64,000 bases of DNA from Candidatus Hermodarchaeota archaeon (GTDB lineage Archaea > Asgardarchaeota > Lokiarchaeia > Sigyniarchaeales > SOKP01): contig JBHLLG010000004.1 of NCBI GenBank assembly GCA_048885925.1, positions 19,503-83,502 on the forward strand, written 5' to 3'. The notes beneath the pieces were generated by a model. That model saw only the letters and a program-made list of their open reading frames with translations. It made no database searches and had not been told where the DNA came from. The position numbers and the translations under genes are program-made. This document shows, one piece after another, positions 1 through 9,500 of this stretch (its first letter is position 1; each line of letters starts with the position of its first letter).

Positions 1-1774
1 AAAAGGATCTATCCAATAAAAATAAAGAATTAACAATCATTCCTATTGCTAAACTAAGAAATAAAGATGGGATTAAAACAAAGAACGACTCTAAGAAGAG
101 GATTTTCTTTAATGATCTCGTTTTTGATCCAATAGCTCGCATAATTAAAAAATCTCTTGCTTTTTCCATTATTCCGTTTTTCTGATAGTTATACAATGAT
201 AAAATGCTAATTATAGCTAGAATAATTATCAAGAATAATGGGTATAAAGAAATAATTGATAAGAAATCCAAGTTTGCTTTAAAAATGTTATTTAAATTTA
301 GATGTGTAAAATTTTGACCTAATTTATTCGTGATATTTGTTAGTTGAGGGGTAATCTCATTATATGCTCCATTCTTTAACTTTAACATTAAAAGATTGAT
401 CTCTGTTGTTAAATCAAGTTCCTGTTGAATTATATTTAAGTCAATATAAGCTGCCCATCCAGAATAAAAACTATCAAATATGATACCAGATATATGAAAA
501 GTCCTGCCAATGTTAATTAATTCTAAACTTTGATAAAGAGCATTATCAAAAAGATTATTAGCTAAACTATCTCCAATAGTTATGTTATCATAGGCATCTT
601 CCTTGGTGAAAAAACTTCCTTCGGTCTCAAAATTTTGAATTACATTATCAGGATTAACACCTATAATAGGAATAAGCGCATCTCGATTTTGTCCAATAAC
701 TGTATATGTACCATCCTCAGAAATATAAAGTCCTGGATTTTCTTCTACACTATAAAAATTAATTAAGCGATCATCTATTTTTTCTATTTCTTCAATATAA
801 TTTAAGTCATTTAAGTCAGTTAGGTTGAACAAATAATCTGATTTTACAAAATTAATGTGAGTATCATCAATTAATATTGAAGAATCAGAAAACATCTTAT
901 ACATCAATGAATAGTTATAAACAACATCCTTATGGCCGATTATCACAATATTTTCATTTTGAGATTTAACAATCCATTCTTTTGAAGAAATATTTATAAC
1001 AATTACTCCCAAGCCTAATGTAAAAATTATCAATCCTATTATTGAAAAAACAATAATATATCTCTTAAATTCACCTTTTCTCCGTAATGTATTAACAACT
1101 GCTATTTTTATATTGATGCCAATCAAGGTTAACCATTTTGGTATAAATTTAATTGGTTTAGAAGCATCATAGTTATAAGGAATATCTTTCGAGAAGGTTT
1201 TAATTATTTCCTGTCTACCAATTTTTCTTATCGTATACCCCGTAATAATAAAAATTCCTATTATACAAGCCATAAATATAATTGGGGTAAAAAACAGATC
1301 AAATTGAAAAAATATAGAAAAATTTAAAAAATGCATGATTAAAGCAAACAAACCGAAGCTTATTAAGCCAAAAATCCATCCAAATAGAAATCCAATGAAA
1401 TATAATAAATAAACTTCGTATAAATAAAAACTATATAATTTTTGGGGAAGAGTTCCTAAGGATTTCATAATAGCAATATCTTTTTTTTTAGAAATAACAA
1501 GTGAAGTTGTAACAGTAATAACTATAACAACTGTTAGAATAACAAGTAAAATTTGAATCAATGCACTAAACTGCTTAAAAATTAAATTAATTCCACCTGA
1601 AAAAAAATATTTATTCACAAATGAAGTCTGTATAAATATATTAATACCAAAAGAGGATGTAAAGTATATTAAAAACTCTGTAAATGCAACAATTAATATT
1701 ATGATCAATAAAAATGGGTAATTTGAATGTCTCTTCCTATATAAATCTTTTAAGGCAAAATCAAATGATGTCAT
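1..1774 (-). CDS. ABC transporter permease, FtsX/MacB-like (C-terminal part runs off the window edge)
   Basis: ATG at 1774 lies 1 nt downstream of the ATPase stop (1776-1778). Hand translation gives MTSFDFALKDLYRKRHSNYPFLLIIILIVAF... and the frame is still open at position 1 (...FLVLAIGMIVNSLFLLDRSF). It is absent from the ORF track, presumably because it is edge-open. I did not check every codon. Confidence 0.6.
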   Translation of the reverse strand, partial: MTSFDFALKDLYRKRHSNYPFLLIIILIVAFTEFLIYFTSSFGINIFIQTSFVNKYFFSGGINLIFKQFSALIQILLVILTVVIVITVTTSLVISKKKDIAIMKSLGTLPQKLYSFYLYEVYLLYFIGFLFGWIFGLISFGLFALIMHFLNFSIFFQFDLFFTPIIFMACIIGIFIITGYTIRKIGRQEIIKTFSKDIPYNYDASKPIKFIPKWLTLIGINIKIAVVNTLRRKGEFKRYIIVFSIIGLIIFTLGLGVIVINISSKEWIVKSQNENIVIIGHKDVVYNYSLMYKMFSDSSILIDDTHINFVKSDYLFNLTDLNDLNYIEEIEKIDDRLINFYSVEENPGLYISEDGTYTVIGQNRDALIPIIGVNPDNVIQNFETEGSFFTKEDAYDNITIGDSLANNLFDNALYQSLELINIGRTFHISGIIFDSFYSGWAAYIDLNIIQQELDLTTEINLLMLKLKNGAYNEITPQLTNITNKLGQNFTHLNLNNIFKANLDFLSIISLYPLFLIIILAIISILSLYNYQKNGIMEKARDFLIMRAIGSKTRSLKKILFLESFFVLIPSLFLSLAIGMIVNSLFLLDRSF

Positions 1775-1775
1775 A

Positions 1776-2585
1776 TTAACTAATTTTTTCTAAGTTCTTA
1801 AGTTCTGTTATAATTTCTTCTTGAATTATACTTCCATTATCAAAGGAAATAATTTTATCAGCTAAGCTTATTAAATAATCATCATGAGTCACCACAATTA
1901 TTGTCCTTACTCTATTTTTTAAACTTTTAAAAAGATCTCTAATAAATTGGCTAGTTTTTTTGTCTAAATTAGCAGTTGGTTCATCGGCGATAATAATCGT
2001 GGGATCATTTGCAAGAGCTCTTGCTATCGCTACTCTTTGTTGTTCTCCTGCAGATAATTGAAAAGGTAGATGTTCCTTTCGATCACCAAGGCCCATATCT
2101 GTTAATAACCTCTGAGCACGTTTTCTTTGCTCTTTAAACTCTAAACCTGAAAGATTCATGGGAAACATAACGTTTTCCTCAGCAGTAAGAGTACTAATAA
2201 GATTATAATTTTGAAAAACAAATCCTGTATTTAACAATCGCCAAGTGGTTAATGATTCCGCTTTCATATCTGAGATTTTAACACCAAAACTATAAATGAT
2301 TCCACTATTAGGAGAATCTAATCCGCTCAATAAATTTAATAATGATGTTTTACCTGCTCCACTGGGTCCTTTTATAACTAAAAACTCACCACGATATATT
2401 GTTAAAGAAACATCATCAACAGCACGTACAATAAAATCTCCAATTTCGTAATCTTTAACTAAATGTTTAGCAATTAATGCTTGGTCTCTAATCTTTTCTT
2501 CAATAATATCAGCTTTAATTGCATTTTCAAAATCTTCTTTTGAGTTTTCATTTAATTCTTTAGATGAATTTTCTTTTTCTAGCAC
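1776..2585 (-). CDS. ABC transporter ATP-binding protein (MacB/LolD-type)
   Basis: Walker A GPSGAGKTS, ABC signature LSAGEQQRVAIARAL, Walker B IIIADEPT, H-loop VVTHD. Confidence 0.95.
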   Translation of the reverse strand: MLEKENSSKELNENSKEDFENAIKADIIEEKIRDQALIAKHLVKDYEIGDFIVRAVDDVSLTIYRGEFLVIKGPSGAGKTSLLNLLSGLDSPNSGIIYSFGVKISDMKAESLTTWRLLNTGFVFQNYNLISTLTAEENVMFPMNLSGLEFKEQRKRAQRLLTDMGLGDRKEHLPFQLSAGEQQRVAIARALANDPTIIIADEPTANLDKKTSQFIRDLFKSLKNRVRTIIVVTHDDYLISLADKIISFDNGSIIQEEIITELKNLEKIS

Positions 2586-3042
2586 ATTTTAAATAATTGT
2601 CCTTATTTTAAATTTTTAGTTTAAAATTAAATTAAGTGTATGAATATCAAAAAATTGATTTTAATATTTTAGATTATATTATCATCTTATTTGTAAGGAG
2701 GATAATATGTTTTTCTAAGGAGTTGTATTTAAGATAATTTGTCTCCAGAATTGGACTAAAAATAAGTTTAAATATTAAAGTATCATATTTATAATCTAGA
2801 GGGAAGATTGAGAAAATACAAATAATATCCCCTAATTTCCTAATTAAAATGGTAACTAAAATTTTGTGAAATCTTTGACTTTAAGATTTTACTTTTTTCT
2901 CATTCTCCCTCCTCTCATTTTTGAGTTTTAAATCCTATTAAATTCAAATTTCTTTTTTTTCTATTAAAATAAGATTTATAGGATAACTTTAATTTTACCT
3001 TAATAACACTTTACATACATATGGAAAAAGAAGTAGATACTT

Positions 3043-3678
3043 ATGGATTTTGAAAAACTAACTGAGTTAGTTATTGAATTAGAAGTAGATGATATTGCAG
3101 ATGCGGTAAAAGAAGCTCTGGATGAAGGAAAAGATGCTTTTGATATAATGAACTCTTTAACAAAAGGTATGGACGAGGTTGGACGTCGATACGAAGAGAA
3201 GGAATATTATTTAACAGAACTTGTCTTAGCTGGGGAAACAATGAAAGAAGCATTTAACATTTTAAGACCCGCTTTAGCAGCTGCAGATAAAACGGAAGAT
3301 AAGGTAAAAATAATTCTGGGCACCGTAAAAGGGGATAGTCATGATATTGGAAAGAACATATTAGGTTCTTTGCTCTTAAGTTCTGGTTTTGAACTTTATG
3401 ACTTAGGAATGGATGTAGATGAGAATACAATAATAGAAAAAGTAAAGGAGACAGGAGCAACAATAGTTGCATTAAGTTCATTACTTACTATGACAGTAGA
3501 GCAAATAAAAGTTGTTCACGAAGCTTTAAAAGCTGCGGGAATTCGTGAAAAAGTAAAACTGATAGTAGGAGGAGCTCCCTTAAATATGGAACTGGCAAAA
3601 AAGCTTGGAGCTGATGATTTTGCCGATGATGCGGTTGATGGTGTGAGGCATATAAAAAAATTAGCAGGCATAGAATAA
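3043..3678 (+). CDS. Cobalamin-binding corrinoid protein (MtaC/MtbC/MttC-like)
   Basis: B12-binding DxHxxG motif (GDSHDIGKN) followed by ALSSLL and IVGGAP, with an N-terminal helical cap. About 210 aa, typical of methyltransferase corrinoid proteins. No partner methyltransferase is adjacent. Confidence 0.85.
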   Translation: MDFEKLTELVIELEVDDIADAVKEALDEGKDAFDIMNSLTKGMDEVGRRYEEKEYYLTELVLAGETMKEAFNILRPALAAADKTEDKVKIILGTVKGDSHDIGKNILGSLLLSSGFELYDLGMDVDENTIIEKVKETGATIVALSSLLTMTVEQIKVVHEALKAAGIREKVKLIVGGAPLNMELAKKLGADDFADDAVDGVRHIKKLAGIE

Positions 3679-3904
3679 TTGATATAAATTCTAAACGTAT
3701 AATTTTTATCCAATTTTCAAATTTATTTTGCCTAATTTGCTTTTATTTATAAATTATAATCGTCTTTTTCTATGTATTTTATAGATATTTCTTACTTGAG
3801 AATAATGTTCATTAAATTATAATAAAAACATTTATACTCTTTTTAAATTGTTTATATCTTAAGAATTGAAATAATAAAAGAATCCTTTTTAGGAGGTTTT
3901 TAAT

Positions 3905-4159
3905 TTGAATAATGACCAATGTGAAGGTATTGAAATTGAAGAGACTCTAGACACCAGAGGTCTTTATTGTCCCGAACCCTTGTTTGAAGTAAGAAATTTA
4001 AGTGAAACTTTAAATGTAGGACAGTGTTTTAAGGTTATTGCTGATGATCCCGCAGCAGAAGAAGATCTTAAAAGATGGGCTAAAAGAACGGATACTAAGG
4101 TTGTGGAATTTAGTAAAGATGGTGATGATTTAATATTTATATTTAAGAAAATGAAATGA
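3905..4159 (+). CDS. tusA: TusA/SirA-like sulfur carrier protein
   Basis: CPxP active-site motif (RGLYCPEPL) in an 84-aa protein. TTG start is preceded by AGGAGGT. Confidence 0.8.
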   Translation: MNNDQCEGIEIEETLDTRGLYCPEPLFEVRNLSETLNVGQCFKVIADDPAAEEDLKRWAKRTDTKVVEFSKDGDDLIFIFKKMK

Positions 4160-4177
4160 AAGAAGAGGTAAAAATAT

Positions 4178-5368
4178 TTGAGTGTTTATTTAGATTACCA
4201 AGCAGCTAAACCTGTAGATAACCGAGTATTTGAAGCTATGAAACCTTATTTTGGTACACAATTTGGTAATCCATCTTCATTACATAATTATGGTTATATC
4301 GCTACTAATGTTTTAGAAGAGTCTAGGCTTAAAATTGCTGATTTTATAAATGCTCCTAACGCTGAAGACATCATTTTTACTGCTGGTGCAACAGAATCAA
4401 ATAATTTAGGAATTATCGGCGCCGCATTACGTAATAAAAAAAAAGGTAATCATATTATTATATCAGAAATTGAACATATATCAATATTAAATATAGGTAA
4501 ATATTTAGAAAAAGAAGGATTTAGAGTAAGTCGAGTTCCTGTAGATCGATTTGGTATTATTAATCTCGACAAATTAGAACGCTTAATAACTGGTGAGACT
4601 ATTTTAATTTCGATTTCTACTGCAAGTAATGAAATTGGCTCACTTCAACCTGTAAAAGAAATTGCGGAACTTGCTCAAAAGAAAAAAGTCTGGTTTCATT
4701 CCGACGCCGTAGCTAGTGAAAGTACAATACCTATTGATGTACAAGAGGTTCCTTTTGATTTACTAACTTTATCTTCAAATGATATTTACGGACCACGTGG
4801 TATTGGAGCTTTATATCTTAAGAAAGGGGTAAGAGTTAATCCAATTATTATTGGGGGTGGTCAGGAAAAGGGAATGAGGTCTGGATCTGAAAACATGCCT
4901 GGTATAGTAGGTTTTGCCAAAGCGGCTGAAATAATGAAAGCAGAAATAATTGAAGAAGCTGCAAAATTAAAATTTTTAAGGGATAGATTAATTAGGGAAA
5001 CTTTAAAGATACCTAAGTCGCATCTGAATGGGCATCCTGAGAAAAGAACCCCTGATAATGCTAATTTTCGATTTGATTATATTGAAGGTGAATCATTGCT
5101 TTTATCATTGAAAGATGAAAAAGTGGAAGTGGCAACAGGTTCTGCTTGCTCGTCTAAGACCTTAGAACCTTCTCATACGCTCATTTCATGTGGATTATTA
5201 CATGAAGAGGCACATGGGAGTTTATTATTAACCTTAGGAAGATTTACTGCGGAAAAGGATATTGATAAAATTTTAGAAGTATTACCTAGAATAGTAAGAA
5301 GATTGAGAATTTTATCGCCACTCACACCTTCAGATTTGTTAAAACAACTTAAAGAGGAGGAAAACTAA
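4178..5368 (+). CDS. iscS: IscS/NifS-family cysteine desulfurase homolog lacking the PLP-binding lysine
   Basis: Class-V aminotransferase fold motifs TAGATESNN, HSDAV, IYGPRGIGALY, and the catalytic loop ATGSACSSKTLEPSH. The position of the Schiff-base SGHK reads SSND. Confidence 0.9.
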   Translation: MSVYLDYQAAKPVDNRVFEAMKPYFGTQFGNPSSLHNYGYIATNVLEESRLKIADFINAPNAEDIIFTAGATESNNLGIIGAALRNKKKGNHIIISEIEHISILNIGKYLEKEGFRVSRVPVDRFGIINLDKLERLITGETILISISTASNEIGSLQPVKEIAELAQKKKVWFHSDAVASESTIPIDVQEVPFDLLTLSSNDIYGPRGIGALYLKKGVRVNPIIIGGGQEKGMRSGSENMPGIVGFAKAAEIMKAEIIEEAAKLKFLRDRLIRETLKIPKSHLNGHPEKRTPDNANFRFDYIEGESLLLSLKDEKVEVATGSACSSKTLEPSHTLISCGLLHEEAHGSLLLTLGRFTAEKDIDKILEVLPRIVRRLRILSPLTPSDLLKQLKEEEN

Positions 5369-6172
5369 ATGAGTGTACATAAATATACCGAAAAGGTAAT
5401 GGAACATTTTAGGAACCCCAGGAATATGGGAGAAATTGAAAATGCTGACGGTTTTGGTAAGGTAGGAAATCCTGTATGTGGAGATTTAATGTTTATGTAT
5501 ATCAAAGTTGCCAAGAATGACAAAAATGAGGAGATTATTGAAGATATAAAATTTAAAACCTTTGGTTGTGGTTCTGCTGTGGCAACTTCTTCAATGATAA
5601 CTGAAATGGCTAAAGGTTTAACATTAGATGAAGCTTACAAGATAACAAGACAAGATGTAGCTGATGAATTAGAAGGACTTCCACCAATTAAAATGCATTG
5701 TTCAAATCTTGCAGCAGATGCTTTAAAGGCAGCAATTGATAACTATAGAACTGGTGCTGAACCAGAAGTTGAAGTTCCAACGTCATGTCAACTAGAAATC
5801 AGTGTTATACTTGGTTTTGAGGATTTTCTTGGAAAAGGAGCTTATAAAGAAATCCCAAAGAATTTAGAGGGACTAAGAGATAAGAGAGTTTTAATTGTAG
5901 ATTCTGGTGATAATTCTTTAGAGCTTGCATTAAAATTAACAGAATATACAGGCCGTGTAATTATTGTGACATCATCAAAAGAACTACCTGGAAGAGAAGA
6001 GATCGCTAAAAGTTTAAAGAAGTCAGATGTTAAGATTTTACAACAATCTGAGTTAATAGAAATCAAAGGAGAACTTGGTGAAGTAGAAAAAGTAGTGATA
6101 CATGATTACGATGAAGATGAGAATTATGAATTATTTGTGGATGTTGTTATATATTTAGATTATAGAGGATAG
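5369..6172 (+). CDS. iscU: IscU/NifU-type Fe-S scaffold fused to a degenerate thioredoxin-reductase-like NAD(P)-binding domain
   Basis: N-terminal part has the three scaffold Cys (GNPVCGD, FGCGSAVA, MHCSNLAADAL). The C-terminal ~130 aa is colinear with the TrxR central domain (KRVLIVDSGDNSLELALKL...VIIVTSS...VDVVIYLD) but lacks the CxxC. ATG overlaps the iscS stop region. Confidence 0.85.
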   Translation: MSVHKYTEKVMEHFRNPRNMGEIENADGFGKVGNPVCGDLMFMYIKVAKNDKNEEIIEDIKFKTFGCGSAVATSSMITEMAKGLTLDEAYKITRQDVADELEGLPPIKMHCSNLAADALKAAIDNYRTGAEPEVEVPTSCQLEISVILGFEDFLGKGAYKEIPKNLEGLRDKRVLIVDSGDNSLELALKLTEYTGRVIIVTSSKELPGREEIAKSLKKSDVKILQQSELIEIKGELGEVEKVVIHDYDEDENYELFVDVVIYLDYRG

Positions 6173-6292
6173 ATTTTTTTAGAATATTTTACTTATTTTT
6201 TTAATTTTATTATATTAATAGAGATAGATCTATTAGTAGTATCGAATAGTATTCATAACCAATAAAAATCATAATAAATTTTTTAGTTACTT

Positions 6293-8653
6293 ATGACAAG
6301 AATCGTAATTATAGGAGGTGTTGCTGGAGGAGCCTCAACAGCAGCACGATTAAGAAGATTAAGAGAAGATTTTGAGATTATAATGCTGGATAAAGGACAA
6401 TATGTTTCGTTTGCTAACTGCGGACTTCCATATTATGTAGGTAATGTCATAAAAGAAAGAGAATCACTTGAATTAGTTACTCCTCGTAGATTCAAAAGCT
6501 GGTTTAATATTGATGTAAGAGTTAATAATGAGGTAGTTTCAATTGATACTAAAAATAAAAAAGTCCTTGTAAGAGATTTATCTAAAATTGAAGATTATAA
6601 TCTTGACTATGATTTTCTTGTATTAGCCACGGGATCTAATCCTATTGTACCTAATTTTCCTGGTCTTGAGAATGTTCCTTACCATACAATCTGGACTATT
6701 CCTGATGCACTTAAAATAAGAAGTTTTGTTGATAATTATCAAATAAAAAAAGCGGTGATTGTTGGCGGAGGATTTATAGGCCTTGAAATGGCAGAAAATT
6801 TGGTTAAAAAAGGTGTCAAAGTTAAAATTGTGGAAATGTTAGATCAAGTAATGCCTCCTTTAGATAAGGAAATGGCGCAATTTATACATCAAGAATTAAT
6901 TTTAAACGGAGTTTGTCTGATACTTGAAGATCCAGTAGAATCTTTTGATAAAACTAGAGAAGGGAAACCAATTGTAAAAACTAAAAGTAAGCGTGAAATT
7001 GAAACAGATTTAGTGGTTTTATCTATTGGGATAAGACCTGTGAACAGTTTAGCTAAGGAATCTGGTTTAGAATTAAGCCCTAAAGGATATATAAAAGTAA
7101 ATGAATTTATGCAAACATCAGATCCCAATATATATGCTGTTGGAGATGTAATTCAAATTAATCATTTTCAAACAAAAAAGCCTATTGCAATTGCTTTAGC
7201 GGGACCTGCAAATAAGCAAGGAAGAATTGCTGCAGACAATATAACTGGGAGAAAAATTAAATATAAAGGCATCATAGGGGTATCAGTTGTAAAAGTATTT
7301 GATGCTACCGTTGCTACTGCGGGATTAACAGAGAAACAATTAAAAGAAACAGATTTTAAGTATGAAAAAATATATGTTCATCCAAATAATCATGCTGGCT
7401 ACTACCCGGGAGCAACACCAATCACTTTAAAGTTGTTATTTGAAGTGCCAAGTGGTATCGTTCTAGGTGTACAAGCTGTAGGGGGTCCTGGAACAGAGAA
7501 AAGAATTGATGTGATAGCTACAGTTATAAAATTTGGGGGAACCGTCTTTGATTTAGAAGAATTAGAATTAGCCTATGCCCCACCTTTTAATTCAGCTAAA
7601 GATCCGGTAAATATGGCAGGATTTGTTGCTTCTAATTTTTTAAGGGGCGATATGCCTATATGGCAGTGGCAGGATATTGAAATGCTAAAACAAAAAGATA
7701 ATATCCTCTTAGATGTCAGAACAAAAAAAGAATATGAAGCTAGAAATATCCATGGTTCAATAAATATACCCATTCACGAATTACGTCAAAAAATTCACGA
7801 ATTATCAAAAGATAAACCAATTTTTACATATTGTGAAGTGGGCTATAGGAGTTATTTAGCATCACGCGTTTTAATGCAAACTGGTTTTGAGAATGTTCAT
7901 AGCCTTACGGGAGGATATAAAATTTTCGAGATGGCCAATGCTAAAACAGAAGATATCGTAGCTGCATGTGGTAGTTCAGAATCTATTGTAGAAGAATATG
8001 TAAAACAAAAATCTACTGAAAATGATGAATTTGTTACAGTTGATTGCAGTGGATTAGCTTGTCCAGGACCATTGAATGCAATGATCAAATCACTTGAAAC
8101 TTTGCCTGAAAATAAAAAATTAAAAGTTTACGCTACTGACCCAGGATTTAAATCTAGTGTTGAAGCATACTCAAAACTAAACGAAGCTGTCAAATTGTTA
8201 TATATAGGAAAAGAAGAAGGAAAGTTAATCGCAACTATCGAAAAAGTTCAGCCTCCTATAGAAGTTATATCTCCTTTAAAACCTAAAACACGAAGAGAAT
8301 TACGAGCTCCCGGTGCTTTTCCAATTTCAGATATTAGTGCGGAAGAACTATATGAACGTCTTGAAACGGAGGATGAACCACCACTCCTAATTGATGTTCG
8401 AACACCTCAAGAATATTCACAAGGGCATATAAAGAATACCAAACTACTTCCTTTGGGTGAATTATTAAATAATACTGATGTCATAGCTAATTACATAGAC
8501 AAAGAGATCATTGCTATTTGCCATTCCGGTTCACGTTCTATGATGGCCGCTCAAATTTTAGCACAATCAGGTTTTAAAGATATCAGAAACTTAACGGGTG
8601 GAATGACACTTTGGAACAAGAGAGGCCTACCAATAAAAATGGGTAAAAATTAA
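6293..8653 (+). CDS. CoA-disulfide/persulfide reductase fused to rhodanese, TusA-like and second rhodanese domains
   Basis: FAD motif IVIIGGVAGGAS, redox Cys SFANCGLPYY, NAD motif VIVGGGFIGLE. Then rhodanese YCEVGYRS, TusA-like CPGP (GLACPGPL) and rhodanese ICHSGSRS. Confidence 0.9.
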   Translation: MTRIVIIGGVAGGASTAARLRRLREDFEIIMLDKGQYVSFANCGLPYYVGNVIKERESLELVTPRRFKSWFNIDVRVNNEVVSIDTKNKKVLVRDLSKIEDYNLDYDFLVLATGSNPIVPNFPGLENVPYHTIWTIPDALKIRSFVDNYQIKKAVIVGGGFIGLEMAENLVKKGVKVKIVEMLDQVMPPLDKEMAQFIHQELILNGVCLILEDPVESFDKTREGKPIVKTKSKREIETDLVVLSIGIRPVNSLAKESGLELSPKGYIKVNEFMQTSDPNIYAVGDVIQINHFQTKKPIAIALAGPANKQGRIAADNITGRKIKYKGIIGVSVVKVFDATVATAGLTEKQLKETDFKYEKIYVHPNNHAGYYPGATPITLKLLFEVPSGIVLGVQAVGGPGTEKRIDVIATVIKFGGTVFDLEELELAYAPPFNSAKDPVNMAGFVASNFLRGDMPIWQWQDIEMLKQKDNILLDVRTKKEYEARNIHGSINIPIHELRQKIHELSKDKPIFTYCEVGYRSYLASRVLMQTGFENVHSLTGGYKIFEMANAKTEDIVAACGSSESIVEEYVKQKSTENDEFVTVDCSGLACPGPLNAMIKSLETLPENKKLKVYATDPGFKSSVEAYSKLNEAVKLLYIGKEEGKLIATIEKVQPPIEVISPLKPKTRRELRAPGAFPISDISAEELYERLETEDEPPLLIDVRTPQEYSQGHIKNTKLLPLGELLNNTDVIANYIDKEIIAICHSGSRSMMAAQILAQSGFKDIRNLTGGMTLWNKRGLPIKMGKN

Positions 8654-8818
8654 TTTTTTTTTTTATTTAATTAATTTTTCATTTTGACATATTCTATTTA
8701 TCTTAATTGCTTCTTTAAATTATAAGTATAAAAGTTATAAGAAAGGCGAAATGTTATAAATCCAAATATATTCATATATAACGAATTTCCAATTTATAAA
8801 ATGGAGGTTAAAAAAAAT

Positions 8819-9409
8819 ATGAAAGAAACCGCTAAAAAATTATTTACTGCTTATGTTGGTGAATCACAAGCACGCAACAGGTATACATTCTTTTCAAGCA
8901 TAGCCAAAAAAGAAGGTTATGTATTAATTTCTAATGTATTTCAAGAAACCGCAGATCAAGAAAGAGAACATGGTTCACATTTTTATAAGATGCTCCAAGG
9001 GTTCAAAAAAGAAGAGAAATTCGATGAAATGAAAGTTCTCCCTGATGCACAATTTCCAACAACACATGGTACGACTATTGAAAATTTAAAATCAGCTATA
9101 GCGGGAGAAAATATGGAATGGCAAACACTTTATCCCGATATTGCTAAAACCGCTGAAAAAGAAGGGTATCCCGACATCGCTAAAAGAGTAAATGCGATTA
9201 TAAAAGCCGAAAAACATCATTCGGAGCGATATGGAAAGCTCTTAAAGTTAGTTGGTGATGATGTTTTCTTTAAGCGAGGAGAAAAAATCGTGTGGGTATG
9301 TATGGAGTGCGGTTATGAAGTAGAAATGAAGGAATTACCAGCTAATTTTGTCTGCCCATCATGCGACCATCCAAGAGCATACTATAGAAAGAAATGTGAG
9401 GATTTTTAA
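8819..9409 (+). CDS. rbr: Rubrerythrin
   Basis: Diiron four-helix motifs (GESQARNRYTFF, EREH, EKHH) plus a C-terminal rubredoxin-like CMECG...CPSCDHP. The ATG at 8819 has GGAGGT about 8 nt upstream. The ORF-track start at 8801 would make that RBS coding. Confidence 0.9.
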   Translation: MKETAKKLFTAYVGESQARNRYTFFSSIAKKEGYVLISNVFQETADQEREHGSHFYKMLQGFKKEEKFDEMKVLPDAQFPTTHGTTIENLKSAIAGENMEWQTLYPDIAKTAEKEGYPDIAKRVNAIIKAEKHHSERYGKLLKLVGDDVFFKRGEKIVWVCMECGYEVEMKELPANFVCPSCDHPRAYYRKKCEDF

Positions 9410-9500
9410 AAAACCAATTAAATTTTTAATTTAAAACCAATAGGATTAAATATTAAATTAAAGGATTTAAAAACAAAAAAAATTTTGAAGTGAAAGTATC

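Noticed and set aside
3071-3713. Three minus-strand ORFs (3071..3253, 3254..3481, 3516..3713) listed in the ORF track.
   Set aside because: They are antisense shadows of the well-supported corrinoid-protein gene. Their composition is low-complexity Leu/Pro/Ser-rich, with no motifs.
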